Origin: Oligoflexales bacterium | GTDB taxonomy: Bacteria > Bdellovibrionota_B > Oligoflexia > Oligoflexales > JAPPIL01 | Length of the DNA stretch: 64,000 bases | Direction of reading: 5' to 3' | Assembly (NCBI GenBank): GCA_965215515.1 | Contig: OZ244057.1 | Span: 608,001-672,000 of the forward strand | Shown here: positions 39,410 to 48,769 of the stretch, in pieces | Layout of the letters: every line of letters begins with the position of its first letter | Numbering within the stretch: position 1 is the first letter of the stretch | Made by a program: the position numbers and the translations under genes | The notes under the pieces: model-generated | What the model was told of the DNA's origin: nothing | Database searches by the model: none | The model's input: only the letters and a program-made list of their open reading frames with translations

Positions 39410-40351
39410 GTGGCGTGCGCAGGAGGGGCGAAAATCGACCTGTATATTTTAGCTCAGCAGGTTCTTAACGGTGTTGTTCTGGGATCTGTCTACGGATTGA
39501 TTGCGGTTGGCTATACGATGGTCTACGGGATTGTCGGGATGGTCAACTTCGCCCACGGCGATGTCTACATGATTTCTGCTTACGTGGCGGCCGTCGTCTT
39601 GGCGGTTTTTTTTGCTTTTGGCTTCAATTCTGTGTTCATGGCTTTGTCGGTCGCCATGCTGTTGGCGGTGGTCATTACCGCGTTGTATGGCTGGGCGATC
39701 GAGCGCGTTGCTTATCGTCCGCTGCGCGGGGCGGGGCGGCTAGCACCGATGATTTCGGCTATCGGTATGTCGTTGGTGTTGCAAAATTATGTCAGAATCA
39801 GTCAAGGGGCACGTCCGCAGGGTGTACCGACTTTGTTCGATGGCAATCTCACTTTTGGTCAGGGAGAGAACATCGTACAGATATCGCATACGCAATTTTT
39901 CATCGTTATCGTTGCCCTGCTTAGTATGGCGGTATTGACTTTGATTATCGCGAAAACTCGGCTGGGTCGTGCTTGTCGTGCCGTGCAGCAGGACGTGACG
40001 ATGGCAGCTATCTTGGGAGTCAACGTCAATCGTACTGTCGCGTGGGTGTTTGTTATCGGTGCGGCGATGGCGGCCATTGCAGGCGTGTTGGTAACTTTTA
40101 ATTACGGCACGTTTGATTTTTACATCGGGTTTGTCACGGGCATCAAGGCGTTCACCGCCGCGGTGTTGGGTGGTATCGGCTCGTTGCCAGGGGCGATGTT
40201 GGGAGGCATTGTGCTGGGTTTGTGCGAAGCATTGTTTTCGGGATTGATCAACACCGACTACAAGGATGTATTTGCTTTCTCTATTCTGGTGTTGGTGTTG
40301 ATCTTCAAACCCAGCGGTTTGTTGGGCAAGCCCGCGGTGGAGAAAGTCTAA
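39410..40351 (+). CDS. livH: Branched-chain amino acid ABC transporter permease
   Basis: YGLIAVGYTMVYGI.GMVNFAHG, KAFTAAVLGGIGSLPGAMLGG; true start may be at 39434. Confidence 0.93.
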   Translation: MACAGGAKIDLYILAQQVLNGVVLGSVYGLIAVGYTMVYGIVGMVNFAHGDVYMISAYVAAVVLAVFFAFGFNSVFMALSVAMLLAVVITALYGWAIERVAYRPLRGAGRLAPMISAIGMSLVLQNYVRISQGARPQGVPTLFDGNLTFGQGENIVQISHTQFFIVIVALLSMAVLTLIIAKTRLGRACRAVQQDVTMAAILGVNVNRTVAWVFVIGAAMAAIAGVLVTFNYGTFDFYIGFVTGIKAFTAAVLGGIGSLPGAMLGGIVLGLCEALFSGLINTDYKDVFAFSILVLVLIFKPSGLLGKPAVEKV

Positions 40352-40354
40352 GCC

Positions 40355-41593
40355 ATGCCGCGTGCGTTGTGCAAAGATGTTCTGCTGACTTTTTGTCTTG
40401 CTCTGATAATTTTTCTACCTATCACGGGTGTTATCTTGCAGGGGTACAGCTATCAGCTTGCCTTACATCGTCCCTTGTTACTGGCTTTCATCGTTGTCTG
40501 CGGCAAATTGCTGTTGCTATGGTGGCGAGGGAGGAAAACGAGAGCGAGCACTTGGGGGGAAGGAATAAAGCGACGAGTTGTTACGTCGTGGCCATCGTGG
40601 ACGTGGCGGCCGCGACGGTTGTTTTCTGTTTTGGCGGGGGTGTTGTTGCTGATGCCGTTGCTGGTCAACGAATACTGGTTGACGGTGCTCATTGCGGTCT
40701 TCATTTATATTTTGCTAGGGCTGGGCTTGAACATCGTCGTCGGGTTGGCGGGGCTCTTGGATCTGGGTTTTGTCGCTTTTTATGCCGTCGGTGCGTACAG
40801 TTATGCGCTGGGGGCACAGTATTTGGGGTTGGGGTTTTGGACGGCATTGCCGTTTGCGATGGTGTTGGCAGCCTGTTGCGGGGTGTTGCTGGGGTTTCCT
40901 GTCTTGCGTATGCACGGCGATTATCTTGCCATTGTGACTCTTGGTTTCGGCGAAATAATTCGTTTGGTACTCAATAACTGGCTGGAATTTACGGGCGGGC
41001 CGAATGGGGTACAAGCCCCCGCCCCGACTTTCTTGGGTCTAGAGTTTGCTCCCACGGCGACGCAAGGTGGACAACCGCTGCATGAGTTTTTGGGCATAGA
41101 TTATGCGATCTCCTATCGTTATACTTTCATTTACTTGCTGTTGTTGCTGGTGGTGTGTGGCGCAATTTTTTTTGTTAGTCGCCTCAAACACACACCGCTC
41201 GGTCGTTCGTGGGAGGCGCTGCGGGAGGACGAGGTTGCTTGCCGTTCGTTAGGGTTAAATCACGTGACCATCAAGCTGTCGGCGTTCAGCATGGGGGCGA
41301 CGATCGGTGGCTTGGCGGGGGTGTTTTTCGCCGCCCAGCAGGGGTTTATCAATCCGACTTCGTTTACTTTTTTCGAGTCGGCGTTGATTTTATGTATCGT
41401 TGTCCTCGGTGGAGGAGGATCGATAGGCGGGGTGATTGCCGCGGCGGTGGTGATTACGCTGTTACCAGAAATTCTGCGGGAGTTTTCTGATTTTCGCATT
41501 ATTTTGTTTGGCGGGCTAATGGTGGTGATGATGATATGGAAACCACGCGGTTTTGTCGTCGCTAAGCGGCAGCAGTTTGAGCAGACTGAATGA
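40355..41593 (+). CDS. livM: Branched-chain amino acid ABC transporter permease
   Basis: [42 protein letters not shown]. Confidence 0.93.
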   Translation: MPRALCKDVLLTFCLALIIFLPITGVILQGYSYQLALHRPLLLAFIVVCGKLLLLWWRGRKTRASTWGEGIKRRVVTSWPSWTWRPRRLFSVLAGVLLLMPLLVNEYWLTVLIAVFIYILLGLGLNIVVGLAGLLDLGFVAFYAVGAYSYALGAQYLGLGFWTALPFAMVLAACCGVLLGFPVLRMHGDYLAIVTLGFGEIIRLVLNNWLEFTGGPNGVQAPAPTFLGLEFAPTATQGGQPLHEFLGIDYAISYRYTFIYLLLLLVVCGAIFFVSRLKHTPLGRSWEALREDEVACRSLGLNHVTIKLSAFSMGATIGGLAGVFFAAQQGFINPTSFTFFESALILCIVVLGGGGSIGGVIAAAVVITLLPEILREFSDFRIILFGGLMVVMMIWKPRGFVVAKRQQFEQTE

Positions 41594-42468
41594 CGCGGGA
41601 GGCGGAAGAACCGCTGCTCAGGGTCGAAGGGCTAGGGATGAGCTTTGGCGGCTTGGTGGCGTTGGATAACATCAATTTCCGTGTGCCGCGCGATGCGGTA
41701 ACGGCACTGATCGGGCCGAACGGTGCGGGCAAGACGACGGTATTTAATTGTTTGACAGGCTTTTATCGTCCCACGCACGGTAAGGTTATGTTGTGCGGCA
41801 AAGATGGGGTGGTCGATGTCGTGGAGTTGTTGGGCAAGTCGTTTGCCCCCGCGGATATTTTTGCGCCTTCGCACTTGGCACGCAAGTTGTATTACAAGAT
41901 ATTTGGTGGCACGCATCAGATAATTCGGCGTGGTATTGCTCGCACCTTTCAGAATACGCGGTTATTCACGGCGATGACAGTGATGGAAAACCTGCTGGTG
42001 GCGCAGCATCAGGCGACGCACCGCAATTTGCTGGCGGGAGTGTTCGAGTCACCTTCCTATCTGCGCACCGAGAAACAGCTCGTCACACGGGCACGAGACT
42101 GGCTGCGAGAGTTTGGTTTAGAAAAGGAGAGTAATCGTTTGGCGGGTGAACTGCCTTACGGTCAACAAAAAAAACTGGAGATTGTACGTGCTCTATGCAC
42201 TGAGCCGACGCTGATCTGTTTTGACGAGCCTGCGGCGGGGTTGAATAATTCCGAGACACGGGAACTGGCTGCGTTGATTCGCAATATCTGTCGTGGTTAC
42301 GGTATCGCGGTGCTCATCATCGAGCACGACATGATGTTAGTGATGCAGATTTCCGATCATGTTGTCGTGCTGGATTCAGGGCAGGTCATTGCGGATGGCA
42401 CACCTGCGCAGGTCAGAAACGACCCGCGTGTGTTGTCCGCTTATCTCGGTACGGAAGAGAGCGGTTGA
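41590..42468 (+). CDS. livG: Branched-chain amino acid ABC transporter ATP-binding protein
   Basis: [39 protein letters not shown]. Confidence 0.93.
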   Translation: MTREAEEPLLRVEGLGMSFGGLVALDNINFRVPRDAVTALIGPNGAGKTTVFNCLTGFYRPTHGKVMLCGKDGVVDVVELLGKSFAPADIFAPSHLARKLYYKIFGGTHQIIRRGIARTFQNTRLFTAMTVMENLLVAQHQATHRNLLAGVFESPSYLRTEKQLVTRARDWLREFGLEKESNRLAGELPYGQQKKLEIVRALCTEPTLICFDEPAAGLNNSETRELAALIRNICRGYGIAVLIIEHDMMLVMQISDHVVVLDSGQVIADGTPAQVRNDPRVLSAYLGTEESG

Positions 42469-43172
42469 TGTTGCGCATCGACAAGGCCAGTGTTTGGTAT
42501 GGGCAGATACAAGCTTTGCGGCAGGTATCGCTGCGTGTTGAGCAACGCGAGATTGTGACTTTGATCGGCGCAAACGGTGCGGGCAAATCGACCCTGATGA
42601 TGGCGGTGTTTGGGCAGCCACCGTTACGCAGTGGCAGTGTTGTGTTTGAAGGGCATGACTTGACACGTGTGCCGTCCCATAAGGTATCGAGTTATGGCAT
42701 TACGTTGGTACCCGAGGGACGCAGGGTTTTTCCGCAGATGACGGTAGGGGAGAATTTGCTCACAGGAACGATGCAACGTCGTGACCGCAGCATCGACGAG
42801 GACATGGCACGGGTGTATACGACTTTTCCCGTGCTCAAGAAACGGCATGGACAGCGGGCGGGCACGTTGTCGGGTGGTGAACAGCAGATGCTGGCTATCG
42901 GACGTGGTTTAATGGCACGTCCTAAGTTATTGTTGCTCGATGAACCTTCGCTCGGTCTAGCGCCGTTGATTATGCGGCAGATATTCCAAATTTTGCACAA
43001 AATAGCCGCCGAGGGCACGACGATTTTTCTGGTGGAGCAGAACGCCAACCTGGCCTTGCAGTTTGCGCAACGCGGCTATGTGCTAGTCAACGGCGAGGTT
43101 GCTTTGTCGGGCACGAGTGCCGCGTTGATGGCTAACGACGATGTGCAACGTGCTTATCTCGGCGGGCACTAG
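42468..43172 (+). CDS. livF: Branched-chain amino acid ABC transporter ATP-binding protein
   Basis: GANGAGKST, VPEGRRVF, LSGGEQQMLAIGR, DEPSLGLAP. Confidence 0.95.
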   Translation: MLRIDKASVWYGQIQALRQVSLRVEQREIVTLIGANGAGKSTLMMAVFGQPPLRSGSVVFEGHDLTRVPSHKVSSYGITLVPEGRRVFPQMTVGENLLTGTMQRRDRSIDEDMARVYTTFPVLKKRHGQRAGTLSGGEQQMLAIGRGLMARPKLLLLDEPSLGLAPLIMRQIFQILHKIAAEGTTIFLVEQNANLALQFAQRGYVLVNGEVALSGTSAALMANDDVQRAYLGGH

Positions 43173-43219
43173 ACGGCAAGTGCGGAGGCTGGAGAGAAAA
43201 TCGGCACACCGTCTCGAGC

Positions 43220-46200
43220 TCAGTGCATGCTCTGCACACCCACCAACTTCTGCACCTGAGCGAGAGGCAACTCCAAAAAAGCCGCGATAGTCTCAACCAG
43301 TGCAGGATTGCCGCGCAACAAAGTTGACTGCGCGGGCACGGTGCTGCGCTCGAATTCGTGATAATTCTGCGTGTGCTTGATCCCAAGCTCCTGCGCCACT
43401 TCCTCCAGAGACATTTTCAAATCGAAACGTTTACGGAACAGAAGCTTGCCACATTCCGAGTAAGTCGCTTTGATAATTTGCGTAACACGGTTCAGAGGAT
43501 CTTTTATCCCTTCAGGAAGAGGCAACGCACCGAGTTCGGAAATTTTTTGCATATAAAAGTTAACCACCTCTTCGATATCGATAACCTTTTGTAAGGCAAC
43601 GTGATCGCTGAGCGCAAAAGCCGTACAAATTCTTTGTAGCTCGTGCTCATCACGCGGCAAACGCTCGCCGTGTAGATACGGTGCAACACTCTCCACCTCC
43701 GCATCGACACGCACGGCCGCGGTGTGTGGTGCAATCCCTGTCGCCCGCAGGCGCGCCGCAAAAGTCTGTTCAAACCCCGCCAAATCTTCTGGCGTAATGT
43801 CTTTCTCCCGCAACCGCTTGACAATCTCGGCGCTCGCCTCCCGCAAGATCGAGGTTTGCTCATCTACCGCGGACGGCTGTTCACCCCCGTCATCCACACT
43901 GGCAGCGGCAATCAACTCCCGCAAGCGTTCGACACTGATCTGTAAAAACTCCGCCATCCGCACCATCGTGTCGGGGCTACCCCGTAACGCCCCCATCGGC
44001 AACGCATCGATGGTGCGTTCTAACTTGCGATAATACTCGTGAGTTTTGATCCCGAGCAGTTTTGCCGCAGCCTCCATCGACATTTGCAGCTCACCACGGC
44101 GCTGCGTCAACAACCGACTGAGTTCGCAGTAGTCCGACATGATAGTCGCTACCCCGCGCTCCAGCACCTCTAGCACCTCCTGAGGCAAAGCGAGTTTCCC
44201 ATAACGGATGGTCTTGGTTATGTAATCACGTAACGCACGTTCGATATCGAGTTGTCGCTTGACTTGCTCGTAAGCACCCAAAGAAAAGTCGCTGCAAAAC
44301 TGCATCAGCTCATGTTTGCCCGTCGGCAAATGCTGGCCCTCAAAACAAGGTTTTATCTTGCTGCGGGACAAGACCGTGCGCCGACAAGCTTCCGCTAAAC
44401 TCACACCCGATGCCCGCAAACGCCCTGCAAACGACTGCCGAAAACTACGCAGCTCAGTCACGCCCAAATTACATCGCTGCAAACTAGCCAGCACACGCTC
44501 CGCGGCAACTCGGCGCGCATAGGCACCGCCATGCTTGTGACGCGGCCGTTGCTCCGCAAACAAGCCCTGCAACTCGTCTTGGGACACCTGCAAGAATGCC
44601 GCTAGGTTAGCCATAATGTGCGGATCTTTCCGTAGATTACGACCGAGCACGGAGGTCGTGGATTGCTCCAACTTGCGATAACTGTTGGAGTTGTGGAGGC
44701 CAAGGCGTTCCGCGGCCTCTCGCTGCGTAATCCGCAATGCACGTCTGCGCCGATAGAGACGCGCCGCAAACTCGGAATACTCGGCCACCACCACCTCTGC
44801 CGCCTGCGCCAATGCCGTACGTATTGCCACGGGGAGAGGCAAATCCCCGACACGGGAAGTGTCCGTCACATAACGGCGCACAATTTTCTCCACCCCGACT
44901 AGCTTCTCCATCTGCGCCACATCCTGCTTGAAAGCACGGCAAACTCTTTTCAGACTGGCGCGATCGACGGGAAACCCTTCCCCCGCGAGATACTGCCGTA
45001 ACCTCGTGCCATCTAATGCACACCGCGCACTGGCTTCTCCGAGACTGACCCCCGCCGCACAAAGATGGGCGGCAAAAGTTTTGTCAAACGCACGCAAGGT
45101 CGCGGCGGTGATACCCTGCTCGGCGAGCAGACGAAGAATATGCTGTGCAGCAAGTTTGGGAGTCTCCGCGGAGACCTTACCTGCCCGTTCCCTTTCCGCC
45201 GCGACAGCCGCCAACTGTGCGGCACGAGCGCGCGGGGCATCGCGCGCCCGTCGTTCCCGTTCTTCATGGCGCTCCGTCGTGGCACTGAGCAAGTTTTCCA
45301 GCATCTGCGGAGTGATGTCGAGAAATTGTGCGAGACGACAGCGCAAACCACTCTCTTGCAAAACCGCCATCCGCCGCGGATACATGCACCATTCTAGTTC
45401 GAGATAATCGTCTGCATCGATCTGCACTGCCCGCGCCACCTGCGCCATCGATAACTGCAAAGCAACACGACGACGAAAAACAATCCGACTCAACTGTGAA
45501 TAGTCGGCCATAATCGTCTCCAACGCCGCGTTCAACACCCGTCGTGACAACATTATCGTGCGCCCTGAGCCACCCTGAAACATTTTGCGCATATACCTGC
45601 GGGTCTTCTCTTCCACCTGCAAAGAGGCACGCAGCTCTTGACCGTAGGTTAGACGAAACGCGCGGCAAACTTTTTTGATGATACCGACACGGAGTGCGGG
45701 TAAACTCAGGCCATGATAGTATAACTTCATGGTAAACGGACTGATTTTGCTAGCACGCACAGCACTTTGCAAACTTACCGCGGCATGTCTGAGGCGCGCC
45801 GCAAAAGTTAGCGGCAGAGCACTCGCGACGGTGTGCTGCGGTAGCCGCGCCAAGCAGGTGCTCAAGGCACGCCTGTCTTTTTTAGCCAACACCTCTTCCA
45901 CCCCCTCAAGGTCTTGACGCATGGTATTGGCGAACAAAAAATCGCCATATTTTTCTTTTTTGTTTTGGTAGATAGTAAGAATTGTTTCAATTTTTATTTT
46001 GGTGCACATGTCGGTCAAATTAAGCTGCAGCGCGGCGGAGATATTTTGCACTGCGGCGGCGGAAAACTGCCATCCGTGCTGTTTACCTCGCAGTTCTTTG
46101 CGCAACATCTTTGCTGTTGCGGGAGTTAGGTGCGATGCGTTGCTCAGCAACGCATCTTTGACACAGGTAAGCCAAGTCTTGTGTTCACGCCGAAAACTTT

Positions 46201-46531
46201 TTAGCGCGGAGCGCGTGATGTTATTTTTGTGCAGAGCCTGGGCAACCAATTCGTTACGTCTTTGGCGGCGAGCGCGTTTACACAACTGCGCAACTCTAGG
46301 GTAATCATTTGCCCACAAGCACGCAGCCAGCCTACGCCTTTCTGAGGCGGCAGGGAAAGCTATCCCTTTTTCCCAGCGGCGGTACACGACGCGCTCTACC
46401 TGTATCTTTTTTGCGACAGTACTGACACTTAGTCGCTTATTTTTGCGCCGTGCGCTAAGATCTCGAGAAAAACCACTGCCCGCGCTGACGGCGGTGCTTT
46501 GCGAGGTAAGAGGGATGAAGATCGACTGCAT
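43220..46531 (-). CDS. Repetitive multi-HTH (XRE-like) protein
   Basis: 1103 aa, AAGGAG SD; about four ~210-aa internal repeats, each with two HTH-like segments, plus an N-terminal HTH. Confidence 0.7.
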   Translation of the reverse strand: MQSIFIPLTSQSTAVSAGSGFSRDLSARRKNKRLSVSTVAKKIQVERVVYRRWEKGIAFPAASERRRLAACLWANDYPRVAQLCKRARRQRRNELVAQALHKNNITRSALKSFRREHKTWLTCVKDALLSNASHLTPATAKMLRKELRGKQHGWQFSAAAVQNISAALQLNLTDMCTKIKIETILTIYQNKKEKYGDFLFANTMRQDLEGVEEVLAKKDRRALSTCLARLPQHTVASALPLTFAARLRHAAVSLQSAVRASKISPFTMKLYYHGLSLPALRVGIIKKVCRAFRLTYGQELRASLQVEEKTRRYMRKMFQGGSGRTIMLSRRVLNAALETIMADYSQLSRIVFRRRVALQLSMAQVARAVQIDADDYLELEWCMYPRRMAVLQESGLRCRLAQFLDITPQMLENLLSATTERHEERERRARDAPRARAAQLAAVAAERERAGKVSAETPKLAAQHILRLLAEQGITAATLRAFDKTFAAHLCAAGVSLGEASARCALDGTRLRQYLAGEGFPVDRASLKRVCRAFKQDVAQMEKLVGVEKIVRRYVTDTSRVGDLPLPVAIRTALAQAAEVVVAEYSEFAARLYRRRRALRITQREAAERLGLHNSNSYRKLEQSTTSVLGRNLRKDPHIMANLAAFLQVSQDELQGLFAEQRPRHKHGGAYARRVAAERVLASLQRCNLGVTELRSFRQSFAGRLRASGVSLAEACRRTVLSRSKIKPCFEGQHLPTGKHELMQFCSDFSLGAYEQVKRQLDIERALRDYITKTIRYGKLALPQEVLEVLERGVATIMSDYCELSRLLTQRRGELQMSMEAAAKLLGIKTHEYYRKLERTIDALPMGALRGSPDTMVRMAEFLQISVERLRELIAAASVDDGGEQPSAVDEQTSILREASAEIVKRLREKDITPEDLAGFEQTFAARLRATGIAPHTAAVRVDAEVESVAPYLHGERLPRDEHELQRICTAFALSDHVALQKVIDIEEVVNFYMQKISELGALPLPEGIKDPLNRVTQIIKATYSECGKLLFRKRFDLKMSLEEVAQELGIKHTQNYHEFERSTVPAQSTLLRGNPALVETIAAFLELPLAQVQKLVGVQSMH

Positions 46532-46549
46532 GTCGTGCTCCTTGCTAGT

Positions 46550-47347
46550 TCACTCCGTGCACGGGCGATCACCGAAGACGGGGCGGCGTTTGGCGAGAAA
46601 GGCGGCGATGCCCTCGCGGCTGTCACGATTGCCGAAAACACGCATGAACGCTCGGCGCTCCTGTGCGAGAGCGGCGGTAGTCGTTTCCCCTAACGCGGCG
46701 TGAACGACACGTTTGCACACGGCGATAGCGGTCGGCGATGCAGGCATGGTTCGTTGTAAAAAATCACGTGCCGCGGCCATCATTTCTTCTTTGTTGCCGA
46801 AAACTTTGTCAACCAACCCTATTTTTTCTGCGGCACTAGCTGATATCTTCTGCCCGCTGAAGAGCAGCTCTTTGGCTTTGCTCAAACCGACACGATTGAC
46901 AAGCCGCACACAACCGCCGAACCCTGGGATCAAGCCGAGCAAAACTTCGGGCTGACCGAACACCGCACGGCGCGTGGCAAAGATCCGATCGCAGCTCAGT
47001 GCCATCTCACAACCACCGCCGAGAGCATAGCCCTGCACACAGGCGATGACGGGGAAGGGCATGGATTCCAATAGGGTGCTGACTTCCTGCCCAAGTCTGC
47101 AGAACGTGTCTCCTTCGTCCTTTGTCATTTTTTGCAACGCGGCGATGTCCGCACCAGAGATGAAGGCACGCTCACCCTCGCCTGTGAGTAGCAGGCCGCG
47201 TGTGCTGGGATTATCGCCTTCCGCCAGCAAGAGAGCGCGCAAATCACGCAGCACTGCAGGGGATAGCGAGTTCAACGACTTTTCCCGTGCCACTGCGACG
47301 GTAAGCGTTGCCTGTTCACGTGTCAGCTCTAGCGTTGCGTAGCTCAC
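46550..47347 (-). CDS. Enoyl-CoA hydratase/crotonase
   Basis: AFISGADI, GYALGGGCEMALSCD, FGQPEV.LGLIPGFGG; GTG start after GGAGG. Confidence 0.92.
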   Translation of the reverse strand: MSYATLELTREQATLTVAVAREKSLNSLSPAVLRDLRALLLAEGDNPSTRGLLLTGEGERAFISGADIAALQKMTKDEGDTFCRLGQEVSTLLESMPFPVIACVQGYALGGGCEMALSCDRIFATRRAVFGQPEVLLGLIPGFGGCVRLVNRVGLSKAKELLFSGQKISASAAEKIGLVDKVFGNKEEMMAAARDFLQRTMPASPTAIAVCKRVVHAALGETTTAALAQERRAFMRVFGNRDSREGIAAFLAKRRPVFGDRPCTE

Positions 47348-47406
47348 GGTACGTTCCTCCACCGATACTCGACAAGAGCCACCACTAGCAGTATGTGTTT
47401 GGCCTG

Positions 47407-48213
47407 TCAACCAGGCTTGGTGGCGACGATGTGCAGCAGGAGGGGGGAGGCGTAAAACACGGTGGGATCTGTCGCTAATCGCTCCAACGCCGTGCGGTAT
47501 TGGGCGACTTGCGCGGCGGGCAGATCACCGTCACGGGTGAAGCGGTCGAGAACGGAGTTGATGAACATCGCCATCCACTGCCAAGTGCGGTCGCCCAACC
47601 GCCCGACACGCATTTCGGGCACGATCGAGGTCGGTTGCAATCCCTGTGCGCTCAGTTTCCGCGGCAACTCTCGTCCGACCGCTATATCCGCACGACCCTG
47701 ATAGTGCTGGTGCAAAAACTCTAGCAGTTCGTTGAGAGGGGTGTCGGGGGGAGAAAAACTCCCACCCCCCGCGTAATCGCTGATCAACAACCGCCCGTGC
47801 GGTCGTAACACCCGATAAAACTCGCGCAGCACGCGGTCGAGGTCGGGGACAAAAAGCAAGACGAACTTAACAAAGACAACATCGCAAGACGCATCGGGCA
47901 AGGGCATACTCTGCAAGTCGCTCTCGATGACGGTGATGTTGGTAGAGGCAGCCGCAGTGATGCGTGTGCGCAGGTGTTGCAGATACTTGTCAGTAAAATC
48001 GACCGCGGTCACCTTGCCTGTCTTGCCGACCAGTTTAGCCAACTCCAGACTGGCGTAGCCAGGCCCGCAGCCTGCGTCGAGTACCTGCATCCCCGCGGTG
48101 ATTCCGCCACGCAACCACAGGGCACGAAACCCTTCCCCCAGCACCTCGTGCTGGAAACCGAGTCGTTCGATTTCGTTAGCTAAATCTCCCAGCACATAGC
48201 CACGTCCCGTCAT
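47407..48213 (-). CDS. Class I SAM-dependent methyltransferase
   Basis: VLDAGCGPG, RVLRPHG. Confidence 0.88.
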   Translation of the reverse strand: MTGRGYVLGDLANEIERLGFQHEVLGEGFRALWLRGGITAGMQVLDAGCGPGYASLELAKLVGKTGKVTAVDFTDKYLQHLRTRITAAASTNITVIESDLQSMPLPDASCDVVFVKFVLLFVPDLDRVLREFYRVLRPHGRLLISDYAGGGSFSPPDTPLNELLEFLHQHYQGRADIAVGRELPRKLSAQGLQPTSIVPEMRVGRLGDRTWQWMAMFINSVLDRFTRDGDLPAAQVAQYRTALERLATDPTVFYASPLLLHIVATKPG

Positions 48214-48261
48214 TCTCTCTCCCTCCTACGCGGTGGAGACACATATTTGCAACATAATCGA

Positions 48262-48693
48262 TCAAATCACCGCACCTGTCTGTGCCTGTCGCTCGAAACG
48301 CCCTCGCACCGCCTGAAGGCGTTCTTGAATGGCGGACATGATTTTTTCCATCATTTCTACCTCCCACTTATCGCCTTTGAGATTACTCATGTCTCCGTTC
48401 AGCCAGGTCAGCGTCTCGTCGAAGAAAGCGGCAGGGTTGTCGGCTAGGGAATCGTTAAAGGCGTTGAGGAGATGGTTAACCCACACGGCATCCGCGGCGG
48501 CAAGGAGATTAACCAGTCGGTTCAGCTTGCGTGTCGCATCGGCATCATGCCAGCCGCCCGTCACCTGAAAAGGAAACCACTCACGCTCGCGTCGATGCAA
48601 CCACAGCCTCATCTGTCCCGCCACATCGACGATAAAAAAGTCCGAGGGCACAGCACCGTGAAACCCGTCGGGGCGTTTCCAAACGACACGCAT
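48262..48693 (-). CDS. Hypothetical protein
   Basis: GGAGG SD, operon position between lysC-lysA and the methyltransferase; MRVVWKRPDGFHGA. Confidence 0.7.
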   Translation of the reverse strand: MRVVWKRPDGFHGAVPSDFFIVDVAGQMRLWLHRREREWFPFQVTGGWHDADATRKLNRLVNLLAAADAVWVNHLLNAFNDSLADNPAAFFDETLTWLNGDMSNLKGDKWEVEMMEKIMSAIQERLQAVRGRFERQAQTGAVI

Positions 48694-48769
48694 CACCCAC
48701 CTCCAGAAACCAGACACCGCCAGAACGTAGCACAGTGGGAAACAATCGGCAAGTTGGTGCTGACCCTAG

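Noticed and set aside
41790..41930. Extra ~35-aa segment in LivG as a novel insertion
   Set aside because: It is in frame, and as far as I recall longer LivG variants with an insert here are common; not evidently unusual.
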